A stretch of 64,000 nt of DNA from Octopus vulgaris (taxonomy: Eukaryota): the NCBI GenBank assembly GCA_951406725.2, contig OX597821.1, forward strand, positions 48,050,001 through 48,114,000, in the 5' to 3' direction. The notes under the pieces were generated by a model. The model was not told where the DNA came from. It made no database searches and worked only from the letters and a program-made list of their open reading frames with translations. Each line of letters opens with the position of its first letter. The first letter of the stretch is position 1. The position numbers and the translations under genes were made by a program. Below, piece after piece: positions 37,390-51,052 of this stretch.

Positions 37390-39705
37390 AAATAAAGTTT
37401 GGGATGGACATTCACAATGGAATTTCTTGAATCATGTCAGACAGGCATTAGAGAAAGCTTTAAAACAAGTGGAAAGAAGTCCTGGAATAACCTCACAAAT
37501 TCCCAATGTTATGCACTCCGACGTCTAGCTAACAACAATTCTATTGTTATTAAAATGGTGAATAAGGGAGGCGCTATTGTAATTATGGACAAAAGTGAAT
37601 ATATTTCAGCTTGTGAAGAAGTTTTAAATGACAAAACTTCATATGAAGAATTACCTGAAGAATTACTGAGAGGAACTTGACAAAATAATTCTAGAAATGA
37701 AGGAAAACAGTTTCATTAATAAGGCCGAATCCAGAATTTTACAGTCAGAAAAAAAGAACACTTGTATTTTTAAGGTCTCCCTAAAATACACAAAAAGTTT
37801 GAAAGATTTCCTCCAATGCACCCAATTTGCAGCAGATATGAATGTGGTTCAGCTGAGATTTCGGAATGGCTGGAAAGCTTTCTACTCTGTCACAAAAAGA
37901 TCAAATTTCTATATTCAGGATAATTTTGATTTTGTGTCTAAAATCAAATTTTTTAAGCACCGAGGTCATGTCGAGAAGTGTTTTTTGGTAACCATGGATG
38001 CTTCTTCCTTATATCCCAATATTGACCACAATGAAGGGTAGAAGCATGCATGGCTGCCTTTGAAAAGTGGTCAAACAAAAGTATTCCATCAAATTTTCCC
38101 TGTAGATTATTGAGGTTTGTGTTACAAAGTAACACAATGAAGTTTGGACATAGATTTTACCACCAGACGAAGGGTTGCACCATGGGTACCCCAGTGGCAG
38201 TTGATTTTGCTAATGTCTTCATTACGAAATTCAAGACACTGTTACTGAAGACATTCAAATCCCTTCATGGTCATGAACCAATACTCTGGTCACAGTTCAT
38301 TGGTGATGTCTTTTTTATCTGGGAAGGATCACAGGATAGTTTAATTGACTTCTTGCATTTCTGTGACAGTTATGCTAAAAACTATGGCTTTTGTCCAATG
38401 TAAATTTACGTCTAGTTTTTCAAAAACTAGTGTTGAATTTTTGGACACAAGTTATGTTTTCTGGAGGTAAAATACTGACAAAGTTATTTTGCAAGCCCAT
38501 GTCATCCTACATCTATCTCCACTGCCACTCCGATCATCCACATCGTATTATTCGGTCAAATCTCAAATCCCAATTTTGGGGGATAAAATGGATTTGTATT
38601 GACATAGAGAATTATTGGAAACATGCAAATGCTTTTGTACATCATTATGTCAAATGCAGTTACAGAGATTCATGATTAAAGGAAATAGCAAATGAAAAGA
38701 TAATCAAACCTTCAAGATAGCAATGATAGTCAAACCTTCAAGCATAATTTTAGCAAACACAATACAATAGATGACAGAATTCCTTTAGTGATTAACTGGC
38801 ACTGAAATTTCACTGGCATTTCAAATGTGTTGCATGAAAGTTACCAGCATGTGGCAAAAAAATATCCTCGTTTCAAACAGATATTTCCTCAGCCACCTAT
38901 TATAGCCTTCAGACATTATAAGAATATAAGAGAATTATTGACCACAATTTCTAACTCCAAGAAAATGAACATTGGAGTATTTGCCTGCTGTACCTTGAAA
39001 AACAGCTGCAAGAGAGGTAAGAACTGTTTATTTTGCAACAACATGAGTCAAGTGAATTCCATCAGGCATCATAATAGAAATGTTATGATTTATACAGAAG
39101 GTGGAACATGCAGAGATTCCCATTTGGTGTACGCAGCAGAATGCACGAAACACAACTTGTTTTATGTTGGCTGTACAACAGAACAATTAAACAAAAGATT
39201 CAATGGGCACAGACATGACTTCAGGCACAATAACAGTTCGACAGAACTTGCCGAACATTTTACTTCAAACGGCTGCAATTTTGAAAAAGACTTGAAAGTG
39301 TATATTCTCAGAAAATATTCTGAATCTGCTTCACTTTCACTTCTCAAAATGCACAAGAAGAAATATGTTTGTGGTTTATTAACATCACACCCTGGAAGAA
39401 TGAATAAAATGTCAGGAGTATCAAATTTATACAAAACTGTTTGATTAAATATTCTTCTTTACCCTTTTCTTTTTTTCTTTCCTCTTTTTCTTTGTGCCAG
39501 TTATAAAATTGAAACATGAAGACTGATGATGTCATTCCATCAATGTATGGATGCTGGTTGCTCTTGTTCATACTTTATGTTTAAATTTCTATAATTTTGA
39601 ATCTTTATCCCTTCTTATTTTGGACTTGACAAAGACAGCCTTGCTGTCGAAATATTGTTCAACCAATAAACTATCTATTGCAATGTCAATCATGCTCTTC
39701 GTCTT
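37390..39705 (+). mobile_element. Penelope-like element (RT plus GIY-YIG), frameshifted, with 3' terminal repeat
   Basis: Motifs IVIKMVNKGGAIVIMD, VTMDASSLYPNIDH, YHQTKGCTMGTP, FIGDVFFIW (decayed YIDD), YLHCHSDHP, CLFC and LVYAAEC...FYVGCT...RFNGH. Confidence 0.93.
39621..39661 (+). ncRNA. Minimal hammerhead-like motif, U3-A8 core variant
   Basis: TGGAC-TTGACAA-A-GACAGC-ctt-GCTGTC-GAAA-TA-T-T-GTTCA, about 180 nt downstream of the Penelope ORF and followed by AATAAA. Confidence 0.65.
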
Positions 39706-39744
39706 GTCTGATGATGATGGTGATAATGATAATAATAATAATAA

Positions 39745-40800
39745 TCCTTTCTAGTATAGGCACAAGGCCTGAAATTTGGGGAGGAGATAGTCGATTACAT
39801 CAACCCCAGTACTCAACTGGTACTTAATTTCTCAACTCTGAAAGGCAAAGTTGACCTCGGCAGAATTTTAACCCAGAATGTAGGGACAGACAAAATACTG
39901 CTAAGTATTTTGCCCAGCATGTTAATGATTCTGCTAGGTCACTGCCTTAATAATAATAATAATAATAATAGCTTTAAATTATGATAGCAGCACTTTTAGT
40001 GGGTGAGGGTAAGCTGATTGCATCAACCTCCAATGATCAAATGGTACATATGTTAGTGACCCCAAAAGTCATGGCAAGGCATGACTTGAATTCAGAACAT
40101 GAGGCATTTTGTCCAATGCACTAATTCTCCTAGTTTGCTGCCTTAATAATAATAATAATAATAACAGTTTCAAATTTTAGCACAAGGCCAGCAATTTTGG
40201 TGGAGGGTAAGTCAATTACAACAACTCCAGTATTCAACTGGTACTTATTTGATCGAATCTAAAAGGAAGAAAGGCAAAGTTAACTTCAGCAGAATTTGAA
40301 CTCAGAATGTAAAGATAGACAAAATGTTGCTCAGCATTTTACCTGGTGTGCTAATGATTCTGCCAGCTTGCCACCTTAAATGGTAAGCTCTTAATAAGCT
40401 CCCAATCTATTTGAGGCTAGGAGAAATCATCTCTTTCCAATGATGGATTTTGCTCAAAAGCATTTGGCTTCTTGTCTTTCTCCTCTCAAACTAATTTATT
40501 CTACCTTCGGATCGTTTATGAAGGAATATTCATATATATTGCAGTTGATTCAATCAACTATGTCAATTCAACAAATGTATTGACTTGGGCCAAAATTTGA
40601 AACCAATGTTTATAGATGTCAGCCATTGAAACAAGGTCTGTAATTTTATAGGAGGGGAAGTTGATTACATCGATCCCATTATTCAACTGATACTTATTTA
40701 ATTGACCCCAAAAGGATGAAGAGTAATGTCAACCTCAGTGGCATTTGAACTGAGAATGTAAATCTAAGCATTTTGTCCCTCTTTCTGCCAGTTTGCCATC
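39745..40800 (-). mobile_element. Cluster of four Nin-domain-like SINE copies, three head-to-tail and separated by (TAA)n
   Basis: Copies at about 39745-39950, 39975-40145, 40165-40380 and 40630-40800. Confidence 0.8.
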
Positions 40801-43469
40801 TTCACTAAATATTGACCCTGACAGCTAATAATCTGTAAGAATGGTTTAAGTAGGCTCCCAGCAGTTATTTTGAAATTTCTGTTTCTTAAGTGAATAACTT
40901 ATCAATTTCTGGTAGGGTGTATACTTGATTGACACACAGACAATCCAAACACCCTTGATCTATTTTTGACCCCCACAGTCTCTACAAAGCCATTACTATT
41001 TCTTCACATTCAGAATCAATCAATCAATTACAATCCATTGCACACCCACAGAGCTCACAATATCTTCACATCCTGAACTATATGGAACTCTAAGTCACAT
41101 CACATAAACATGTTAGAGCTGTCAAATTTACACTAACTCTCACTGGCAGTAAATATACTTCACCCCTGGTCCATCCATGATAGCTAAGTAGGTGATCAAA
41201 TCTATCCTCTCACTCAATCAAAAACCCATAACCAAAATTCTCCAGACTGTTGACACACAGCTGTCTGTGTCAGTGCCTTCCCATTACTAGTTACCCTATA
41301 GAACACCTGCTTCTGTCAGAAGCTTGTTGTTACTGGTTCCTCAAGAACACTTGCTTGTGTCTGTGGCACTGTCTATATTTTCTATCACAAACTGATCATC
41401 AGAATGTTTCCTGCAACACATAATATTGTATTTAGTTTCTCCCTTTAATATTGATTACATCAATATTGGTCATAAACTGGGTCCTAATGGCCTACTCTTT
41501 TAATATATTTGGCTAGCCCCTTAATAAGAGGACCATTATACAAACAGGTTATAGAGTCTTGAAATAGTCTTCATGATCTAGAAATAACAGTCAAATCTCC
41601 CTCAAATCACACTACTGTCTTAAATAAAGAAGTCTATAGATTATAGTCCCTGATATAAAACACGTCATGGCTGGAACATAGTTGATCAATGTCTGCTCTA
41701 TCAGAACCAAGTGATAACGCTTTAATTCAAAATTCATTGAAGAAAATTCTAGAATTTGAATTTATAATAAATAGAAAAATCAGTGGAGTAGATAAATGAG
41801 AGAAGAAAAGTGGAAGTGTGAGGGAAAGAGGGGGTAAGAATGAGTGATAAAGGAAGTGATAGAAAGACATATACATACATATATATATAAAGAGAGAGGG
41901 GCAGTAGGGAGTGAAAGAGATTGATTCACTGATTTGATTTGTGAGGTAATATGACCTAGCTAGAAAGATAATTTCATTTCATGTAAGATCATTATCTTTC
42001 TAAAATATTTCATTACCATTACATACTTTTACACTTATTTCTAAATGTTGTTTGCAATTTTAGCATACATCCCCCCTCTTTCTCTCTCTTTTTCTCTCTC
42101 TCTCTCTTTCTCTCTCTTCCAATATATCTGTCTCTCTCTTTCTCTCGTACTGTTTTCACCTCCCTTCCTTACACACTCACCACCACCCCCACACTTCACG
42201 TCACATCCTAACATAGATTTAGACACTGAAATGCATTCACTAGCGAGTGTTTAAAGCATATAAATGTATGTATGCTTATAGAATTGTATGTATGTGCTTG
42301 AGTGTGTGTGTGTTTGTGTGTGAGTGAGCTTGTGTGCATGTGTGTGTGTGTGAGAGAGAGTTGGTCAATTAGTTTCCAGCATAACCAGATTTTCACATTT
42401 TCACTTATATTTTCACAAGTATTTTCATATTTTGCAATGACCTCCAGTGCATTAATAGAAGAAGAAAACACAAAATCCTTTGATATTACAGCAAGGTTGA
42501 AGCAAATGTTAATTTTAAACAGAACTAGTTTGAACTTTTCAATAAAATTCCTTTCTTTTATCTTTCTTTTAACTTCTCTTCAGTCGTAATGTTTATAAAA
42601 CAGGAATATTAAAAATACTAGTGCAGCATATTTCCAAATGACCATTAAGAGAGATTTGGCTGACATTAGAATCCCTAATTTCTTGCTGGCATGCTTGCAT
42701 GAGCTCTACTAATGTGTTTCCAATTTGTCCAATATATATTTTTTTTGCAATTTAGGTATTTAATACTGTAAATCACATTTCTGCTTTAGCAGATTTTATT
42801 TGCATTGTGTAAATATTTTCCTCTCAGTCTTTGAGTTGATCTAACGATTAACATACATAAATGTCTTACACAATTGTCATTGCACTTGGATATTGTAATT
42901 CTCGTACTCCTCGTTGTATAAAAGAAATTTTGCTTTTGCTAACAATTATTTTAAGGTCTTCAGCTGTCATTTACATTGAATAAGGTTTCTATCAGTCGTT
43001 AAAACCCTTTAATTCATTACTTTGTAAGCTTTACTTACCAATGTTAAAATATTCTGATAATGTGGATTATGTGTCATGTAATCAGAATATTTTTAACATC
43101 GCTATTCTGAATTAGTTTTAAAATCATGACTATTATCATTATTAGAATAAATTTAAGTATACTTGTTTTATTTTGTTTTTATATTATTTCTGAAATTTTG
43201 TAAAAACATGTAGCAAAACTTGTTAAACACATTTAGTGACCTTGAAAATATTTAATTAAGAGTGACACCAGTAGGGAAATTTCTATGACTATGTTTGTAA
43301 CAGAAAGTATTTTAAGATTAAGAGCAGCGCATTAAATGAAATTGTTTGAAATTAGACAAAAACTCTTAGTGCATTTTCAATTTATTAATTTTACCTTTTG
43401 GTACATGATGTGATTTGTGTGAATTATTAAATTGAAATTTTTCATTATGTGTGTGTGTGTGTATGTGTG

Positions 43470-43504
<35 letters not shown>

Positions 43505-44300
43505 TAATGAGAGGTTATTCAAGCAATTTTTAGGCAAAAATTTCTTCCATAAAGTTTATGTTATCTAAAACCAAAAGACCAATTAACCTAAATTTTTGGA
43601 CAACAGAAACACGGAAGACTGGAGTGAATCTCGCCTTCAAATTTAAGTGGTGACTGAAACAACCATGGTTTGGCATTAACAGACCCCATCAGTGAAGTAT
43701 GCTTACCTTATTCAGTAATACTATGAGAGATCAGTACGTACATTGAGAGAGATGTAGTGATCATGAATACAAACACCTGTCTTTTTGAGGAAAGCCCTGG
43801 GACAATTGTTGACTGCATTTAAGAAGTACAGAGAAATTAAAAAGTCTGTCCTAGGACACATCACTTGATTGAATGAAATAGAAAGACAATTGTCAGAAGC
43901 AGTGACCTTGTATATTTGAAGTAGCTGGAGATATTAGTGTGAGTCTGTGTGTGCATGAGTCCATGAATTTGTGCATGCACAATTGGGAACCAAGTAGAGT
44001 GGAATGAGGTTGATTTAGAGAAACTTGGTCAAGTATACGAAGCATGGAGTTGGAAAAGAATGTGTGGTGTTCGATCATATAATAATATAAATAATATATA
44101 AATATATGCATATATACATACATATATGTACATACCTACATCTATATGTATATATACATGCATATATGGGTGCAGGACATCAAAAAAACGTTGAACACAA
44201 TGAGAAACGAAAATATAAAAACAAAAACGTGGAAACGAACTATTTTAACAACAACAAAAACACAGAGTACAAGACATACAACACAAGGAATATTCCCCTT

Positions 44301-44365
<65 letters not shown>

Positions 44366-44720
44366 GTGTCTTTTAGTTTTCCTCTGCCAAATCCACTCAC
44401 AATACTTTGGTCAGCCTAGGACTATAGTAATAGACACATACCCAGTATAGTCCAGCATGGCAAGAGCCTTTAGGTTGAATCATGTAAAGGATTATGCATG
44501 TATGAACATATGTATGAAGTGTGCAAAGTATGTATTAATGTATAACATATTCTTTAATCTTTCTCACCTTACAAGCTATAGCCAATCCTTTTTGGTCCTT
44601 TGCCAAAAAAAATCTCCACAAAACTCGAGTCCTCTTTCCTAATGATGTCTCCATCAGCACACCCATTCAGAAAGCCACTTTTTTCATTACACACTTTTGA
44701 GTACCACTCATATGTATGTA

Positions 44721-45551
44721 TTGAGGTGAGTCTAAAGTTTTGCAATATTCATATATGTGCTAGTTTGTAGTGTGTCTATCACGTGACCAAAGCAGTTCCA
44801 GCTGTAATTGGTAATATCATGGTTGTTCGTGCACTGATATATTGTGCATTGATTCATTCCATTTGTGATTTGAAAGCTGCACAAATGAACGTGCAACATA
44901 ATTTAATTTGGAGCGTATGTTTTACAAGTTCAAACTAAGCCTATAACACCACGGAAACAACCAAAAACATTTTTTGTGTGAGAGGTGAAGTTGCAGCTGG
45001 TTGCAGTACAGTAACCAGATGGTTCAGGAAGTTTTGCTCAGGTAGCAAGAACCTCAACGATCAGGCAAGGTCAGATACACTTGAAACTGTGGATTCCAAG
45101 GCTGTGTTCCAAGCCATAAAAACAAATCTGTTGAGTAGCACTCAGAGAGTTTCAGACAATCTCGGCATCTCATGGATGTATGCCATTGTGTGGCAGCAAT
45201 ATCCAGCATTGGTTAACAGAAAGTGTGCTCTTCTGCAGCAAGACAACATAAGACTTCATACCTCTCAAACTATGCCACATTCAGAATATAGTCCAGGTCT
45301 AGCTCCCTCTGATTATTACTTGATCCACTCCATGGCTTACTTCCTGCACTTTCAACACTTGATCAACAACGTCTGTGAAGAACTTCTTCACCTCAAAAAG
45401 CACGAGAATTTGTACCAGTATGAGATCAAAGAACAAATGGCTTCAGATAATGCACTATAATGGGCTCTTCTTTGAATGCTAGGCTCTTTCTTTGTCACTT
45501 GACAAAGCAAATAGGTTACCAAAATATTGCCCAACTTTTGACTCAGCACAA
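44721..45551 (+). mobile_element. Internally deleted mariner with both TIRs
   Basis: TA|TTGAGGTGAGTCTAAAGTTTTGCAATATT ... AATATTGCCCAACTTTTGACTCAGCACAA|TA. ORF 44978..45460 joins RWFRKFCSG to LLQQDN and YSPGLAPSDYYL. Confidence 0.88.
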
Positions 45552-46153
45552 TATATATATAGATAAATTGGTACATACAGACATAAATTCATGCTTATAT
45601 ATCTAATTATGTATGTACACAGGAAATATCGTCCATTTTCATTGTCTCTTTCTAAATATACATTTAAATATGCATACTTTTGTGTATCTATAATTGAATT
45701 TGTAAGGCTGTCTGCCCCATTTTTTTCCCTCCTTCTCCCCTTTCTCTCTACACACACCAAGAGTATATGTGTGTATTTGTACGTTTGATTTACTTCAACT
45801 GAGTTATAAGATACACTTAGTTCCAGCCATTCAATAACCAAAATCAAATAAACACTCCATTAAACATTTAGAAAAAAATATTTGAATGCACCAAAAAATA
45901 TATGAATAGCATTTATAAATGACTAGAAAAAATAGGAACTGTTAAAACAGTTACTTTAAAGAAAATGTCAAGTTAAAAAAAATAGATTTTTCAGGAAAAC
46001 GTAAGATATTTTTAGATGGAAAAAATCTTTAAATGACTATCTTTTTTCTTATTTATTGCAGCATCAATGTAATTTAATTTTTTTTGTGAAGTGGGAAAAT
46101 GTTATAAATATTGTAATTAGATATATATGTCATTTTATATGTGTATATGTGCG

Positions 46154-46184
<31 letters not shown>

Positions 46185-46807
46185 GTGTGTGTGTGTGCGT
46201 ATGTATGTGTATTTATTTATATATATATATATACACACACACGTGTATACATGTGTGTGTGTATGGGGGCTGTTAGTGAGTTTATATATGTATGTGTTGC
46301 ATATTACATAGGAGAAAATCTAAGATACATTTAAAGTAGCTGACAGCCTTTAAACTTTTCACTGTGGAACTTGAAAAACTTAAAACGTCTTTTTGCTTTT
46401 ATACACAGAAAGTTAAAGGGCATTACGCTTCATGTTCAGTGAAAACACTTCTGAAGATAAGCACCTCTTTTTTCTCAAAACAGATAGAGTAGTTAACAAA
46501 TCACTATTTAAATCAAACACAAACAAGATCTTCTTTCTAATGGTTAGACTAATTTTTATATTGTACATTTATGCTTATACAATTCATAATTATATATGCT
46601 GTGAAGAACATTTTTATGCATTTTGATGCATGACTTAAAACATAAGCAAAAACATCTTAGTATCACTTCATACACGAAAAAGCAAATGAGATTGCATTAA
46701 TATGTTTCATGGTTTATTTCTCATTCAGTCTCTATGTGTGTGTGTCTGTATATGTGTGTATGTGTATATATGTATACATGTATGAAAGTATGTGTATGTA
46801 TAAAATA

Positions 46808-46854
<47 letters not shown>

Positions 46855-46856
<2 letters not shown>

Positions 46857-47335
46857 TATCCCCCCCTTTGGTGCCTTTGTCCCTCTTTTTCTCTCTCTTC
46901 TCTCACGTGACCGCTGGTCAACTAGCCTTTCGGCTTCTGAGCACCGCCGCGACAACATCGATTTCTTCATCTGCCGTAAAGGCAGTTTTTTCCATATACG
47001 CCAGTTGAACTGTCTTAAGTCGTAAGACACCCGCTGTTTTGTCCTGTTATTACTATTATTGTTTTTTGTATTTATATTCGTGTGGCATCGTCCGTTTTTC
47101 TATCCTTGTTTCGTATACATTCGATCCTTTTTCCAAGAAATCTAATGCTCATAGCTTAGTTTTTCCTTGGGGCTGGCCGGATCGGAGCGATTTCAAGATT
47201 AATCAGCCGAAATTGCGAGGATGATCCGGTTCTTGACTGAAGATTAGAGGCTTCGAATGACCCGTTCGTTTTTTATGTCGTCTATCTGAGTGTTTTGCGT
47301 TCTTGTCCCATTTTGTATTTTTATATATATTTTTT
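46855..47335. repeat. Longest, CpG-retaining copy of the unclassified (TA)n-flanked repeat
   Basis: Homologous to 4790-5070 and 63113-63230. Confidence 0.75.
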
Positions 47336-47386
<51 letters not shown>

Positions 47387-47438
47387 GTTGGCGATTTTTT
47401 CCTCCGTCTTCCCTTCCTTGGATCTTTCCTTCTCCTAT

Positions 47439-47472
47439 GTTTCTGACGAAGAGCTCCGCTCGAAACGTTAAA
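47439..47472 (+). ncRNA. Minimal type-I hammerhead ribozyme-like motif in a short (TA)n-flanked element (about 47385-47578)
   Basis: GTTT-CTGACGA-A-GAGC-tcc-GCTC-GAAA-CG-T-T-AAAT. The core is intact and stem III is the palindrome ACGT. Confidence 0.7.
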
Positions 47473-47966
47473 TCCTCTTTCTTTCATTCCTTTCCTGAGT
47501 GTCCAATAACACTATACTTGTTCCACGTCCCCGCGTTGTTGTGTTTTCTCTTTGTGTTTTCATGTTGGGATTAACTATATATATATATATGCATGTAAAT
47601 AGATATATAGAGACAACCAATCAGATTATGAACAAAAGACTGAAAGTGACTTCCAAACCAACAACTGCAGAATTACCCTAAATTTGGTATCTTTTGTGTT
47701 TCTGTAACTGTTTCTGTTCATTTACGTGTATAACCTGAAATGTGTATTCCTATTTCGTTTCTTTTAATTATTTATTCTCATTGCACACATTTTGTGGATA
47801 TTACTACTACTTTTGAATTTTTACTCTTTGTTTTCTATTCTTCCCTACCATATGTTTCACTTAATTAACTTAGTAGTTGGTTCTCTTCTCCCTACCTGAT
47901 AATCTTTCTGATTTCAGTTGCATTTTCATTTCACTACCCATTTGCATATTACACACACACACAGAC

Positions 47967-48110
47967 ATGAGGATGGACTGAAAAGTTCATAGGCTGACTC
48001 TGAAGGATTGATGCTAGAGCTGTGAAATCTTGCATACATTAAATTCAACACTTCTTATTGTCTCTTTCCAGGTAAACTGACATCTTACTGTTCATAGATT
48101 TCATCATCGT
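47967..48110 (+). mobile_element. Mariner-like terminal fragment
   Basis: catgaggatggactgaaaagttcataggctgac resembles a (TA)CGAGGG..TGAAAAGT mariner terminus. Confidence 0.4.
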
Positions 48111-48112
48111 CC

Positions 48113-48145
<33 letters not shown>

Positions 48146-48275
48146 TATATATATATATGTATGTATTTATATATATGTATTTATATATATATGTATATAT
48201 ATATATGTGTGTATATATATGTATATATATATATATGTATGTATATATATGTGTGTGTGTATATGTATCTATATA

Positions 48276-48323
<48 letters not shown>

Positions 48324-48329
48324 TATGTG

Positions 48330-48830
48330 CATCGTCACCTTGCATATCTTCCCCAACCTATCCCTTCCCTCCTTCAAACGAGCCCATAACCTGTGTGACC
48401 TTCTGGTCCACAATTTCTTCACTGCCCCAGCACTCCCAGCCTGGCTCGTTCCCCTGCTTCTGCCCATGCTGTCATACCTGCCCTTGCCTCTCCTACCATC
48501 CTCACAGGCACCCATCATCGTCCCTATCACTTCCCCGACTCTTTTACCCACATTTCTAGTAATGCCATTTACTGTGTCTCCTGCTCTCTCTGTCCTTCCC
48601 TGTACATTGGTCAAACAGGACACTGTTTGGTTGATCGGTTTTTGAAGCACCTCCATGACGTCAGTCTCAGCAATGACACCCTGGTCTCCTGCTATTTCTG
48701 CCCTACCAGACATCTGTCTGTGTTCAGACTGTCTTTGCACAGGAATTAATCTTCTCTCTTTGCTCCTTTGCACCACATGGGCTCAACTCACCTCATCTCT
48801 TCATCTTACACCAATCCCACCTCCTCTCTT
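48330..48830 (+). mobile_element. Penelope-like GIY-YIG fragment, decayed
   Basis: Motifs [37 protein letters not shown]...LYIGQTG and a terminal APHGLN. Confidence 0.8.
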
Positions 48831-49281
48831 CATTCGATATCAACCCCACACCACTTCACACACTTTAGCACTGACCATTTCCCAGCACCCACACCGCACA
48901 CCATCATCCACACACAATCTTCAATAGCATCACCACACATACCACTATATGAGCAGCCACACGCACAATTTAACTCAATACACACAAGTCACACCATCAT
49001 ACACACTTCCACACCCACACTAGCACATAATACCTGAACACAGGCTATATATACAGACACATGCAATGTACATAGACAAAGATGACTTTCACCCACATAT
49101 ACATATACCATATACATGCACACTGGACACAGACACACAAACACCACGTGAAAAAGCACACATCGAATGCTACACACAACACACACGTTACACACGCACA
49201 CACATCAAAGTTACTTACACATATTCACACACACTTACACAATCACACACCATTTTCACATACACACACAAGCATGCCCAC

Positions 49282-49562
49282 CTTTCTTTTGCTGAACTGC
49301 TAAGTTATGTGGACGTAAACACAACACCATCGGTTGTCAAGCGATGTTGGGGTACAAACACAAACACAAACACACACACACACATATATATATTTATATA
49401 CGACAGTCATCTTTCAGTTTCCATCTACCACAACGACTCATAAGGCTTTGGTCTGCCTGAGGCTATAGTAGAAGGCACTTGCCCAAGGTGCCACACAGTG
49501 CGAGTGAACCTAGAACCATGTGGTTCGTAAGCAAGCTACTTACCATACAGCCACTCCTGCGC
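49282..49562 (-). mobile_element. CORE-like tRNA SINE
   Basis: Reverse complement of the 53033 family (cttgcccaaggtgcca...cttaccatacagccactcctgcgc). Confidence 0.85.
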
Positions 49563-49954
49563 ATATATATATAATTTTTATCAATATTTTTATTTTATTC
49601 TTATTTTCTAATCCTTTCTCCTCTATCTCTCTTTCTCATACACCCACTCACAAAATCCATTTATGTCCATCATACTTTCTCACTCTATATACACATTTAC
49701 AACATGGATACATCATTCAGTATACTGCCAAAATACTACCTGGATTTACCTGACATTTTAACTAAAATCCTGTACTCTCATGGAAGTACCAACCAACATC
49801 CATATCCTCTAGAAAAAAATGAAATGTCAACATTATTTTCCTGCTTATATTCTTCTAACAACTTTTACCTTTTATTCTTCTATTTTACTACTTTATTCTT
49901 CTATTTTATTTCTTGTAAACTGTAAATTTTCACCATTTAAAATATTCATACCTT

Positions 49955-50030
49955 GTCTGTGATGACGGAATACTCAGTGCACAGACATGCTAATCAACCA
50001 CTTGGCTTATCTCAGAAATAGCTGTAAGAC
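49955..50030 (+). ncRNA. Degenerate hammerhead-like motif (C3>G) in a probable Penelope 3' remnant (about 49620-50110)
   Basis: GTCT-GTGATGA-..long stem II/loop..-GAAA-TAGCTG-TA-AGAC. Stem I is GTCT/AGAC, stem III is near-palindromic and the triplet is GUA. Confidence 0.5.
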
Positions 50031-50106
50031 TTCAAATTAACCTTACTCAAATTAAATTATTCTAAATGACTTGAGACAGCCATTTTCCCATGGTTCTGCA
50101 TTTACC

Positions 50107-50180
<74 letters not shown>

Positions 50181-50316
50181 ATATATATGCTATAATAGAA
50201 CCCTAACACGGATCCCCACATCCAGCCTTAGCTGTGAACTTGGAACCTAATGGTTGACCAACGATAGCACTTATAACTATTCGTTTAGATCACCAGTGAG
50301 CTAATCCCTTCATATC

Positions 50317-50366
<50 letters not shown>

Positions 50367-50402
50367 CTATGTGTGTGTGTGTTTGTATGTGTGTGTGTGT
50401 AT

Positions 50403-51052
50403 AGACAGCCTTGGTCAAAAGTATTAGGCTACCCCAATTTTGGGGGGTTCTGCTATCTCAATGTTAATGAAACACGTGCATATAGTAGATTATGGCATAC
50501 TTCACAATATATATATTAGTTTTAATATCTGGTCGACCCTCCTCTAGCATCAATTGCTGCTTTTATACTGTACTGTACATATGCAACCAATTATGAGTAA
50601 GACCAATGTCCAAAATTAACAAAATTAACTTATGTTTCCTTTATCATTAATGAGTTTTATTCTAAAATACGATGTAGATACAGTTAATAAACAGTAAAAT
50701 GCCTAAAATAAGGGAGTTAAGTGAGGTCAAATCGTTGCTCATCATGAAGATGGAATGTCTCAAAGGCAAATTGCTCAGAAGATGAAATGTTCTCAATGTG
50801 CAGTGCAAACGACTCTCAAGCACTTCAAAGAAATAGAAGATGTGATAACAAGACAAAGGACAGGTAGAAAAAAATTTACATCACCTCGTGATTACAGATC
50901 CATCATTCGTCCGTCGCTCAGAAACAGAAGAAAAACATCGTCGAAGCTCTGTGCGGACTTTAACGAGGCAAGTACTTCACAAATATCAACCAGAACTGTT
51001 AGAAGAAGGCTTGTAGAGTACGGTCTGAAAGGCTGTAAAGCCAGGAAGAAGC
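50403..51052 (+). mobile_element. Tc1-family transposon 5' part (TIR and DNA-binding domain), truncated by a Penelope element
   Basis: CAGCCTTGGTCAAAAGTATTAG terminus. ORF 50755 reads MSQRQIAQKMKCS...RTGRKKFTSPRD...STRTVRRRLVEYGLKGCKARKK. Confidence 0.88.

Noticed and set aside
43700-43780. Minus-strand exon with AAG|gtaagc donor
   Set aside because: All three frames are closed with the nearest acceptor and the acceptor is poor. It cannot be supported without transcripts.
47228-47265. CTGAAGA...CGAA in the three-copy repeat as a hammerhead
   Set aside because: There is no convincing stem II and no GAAA in any of the three copies.
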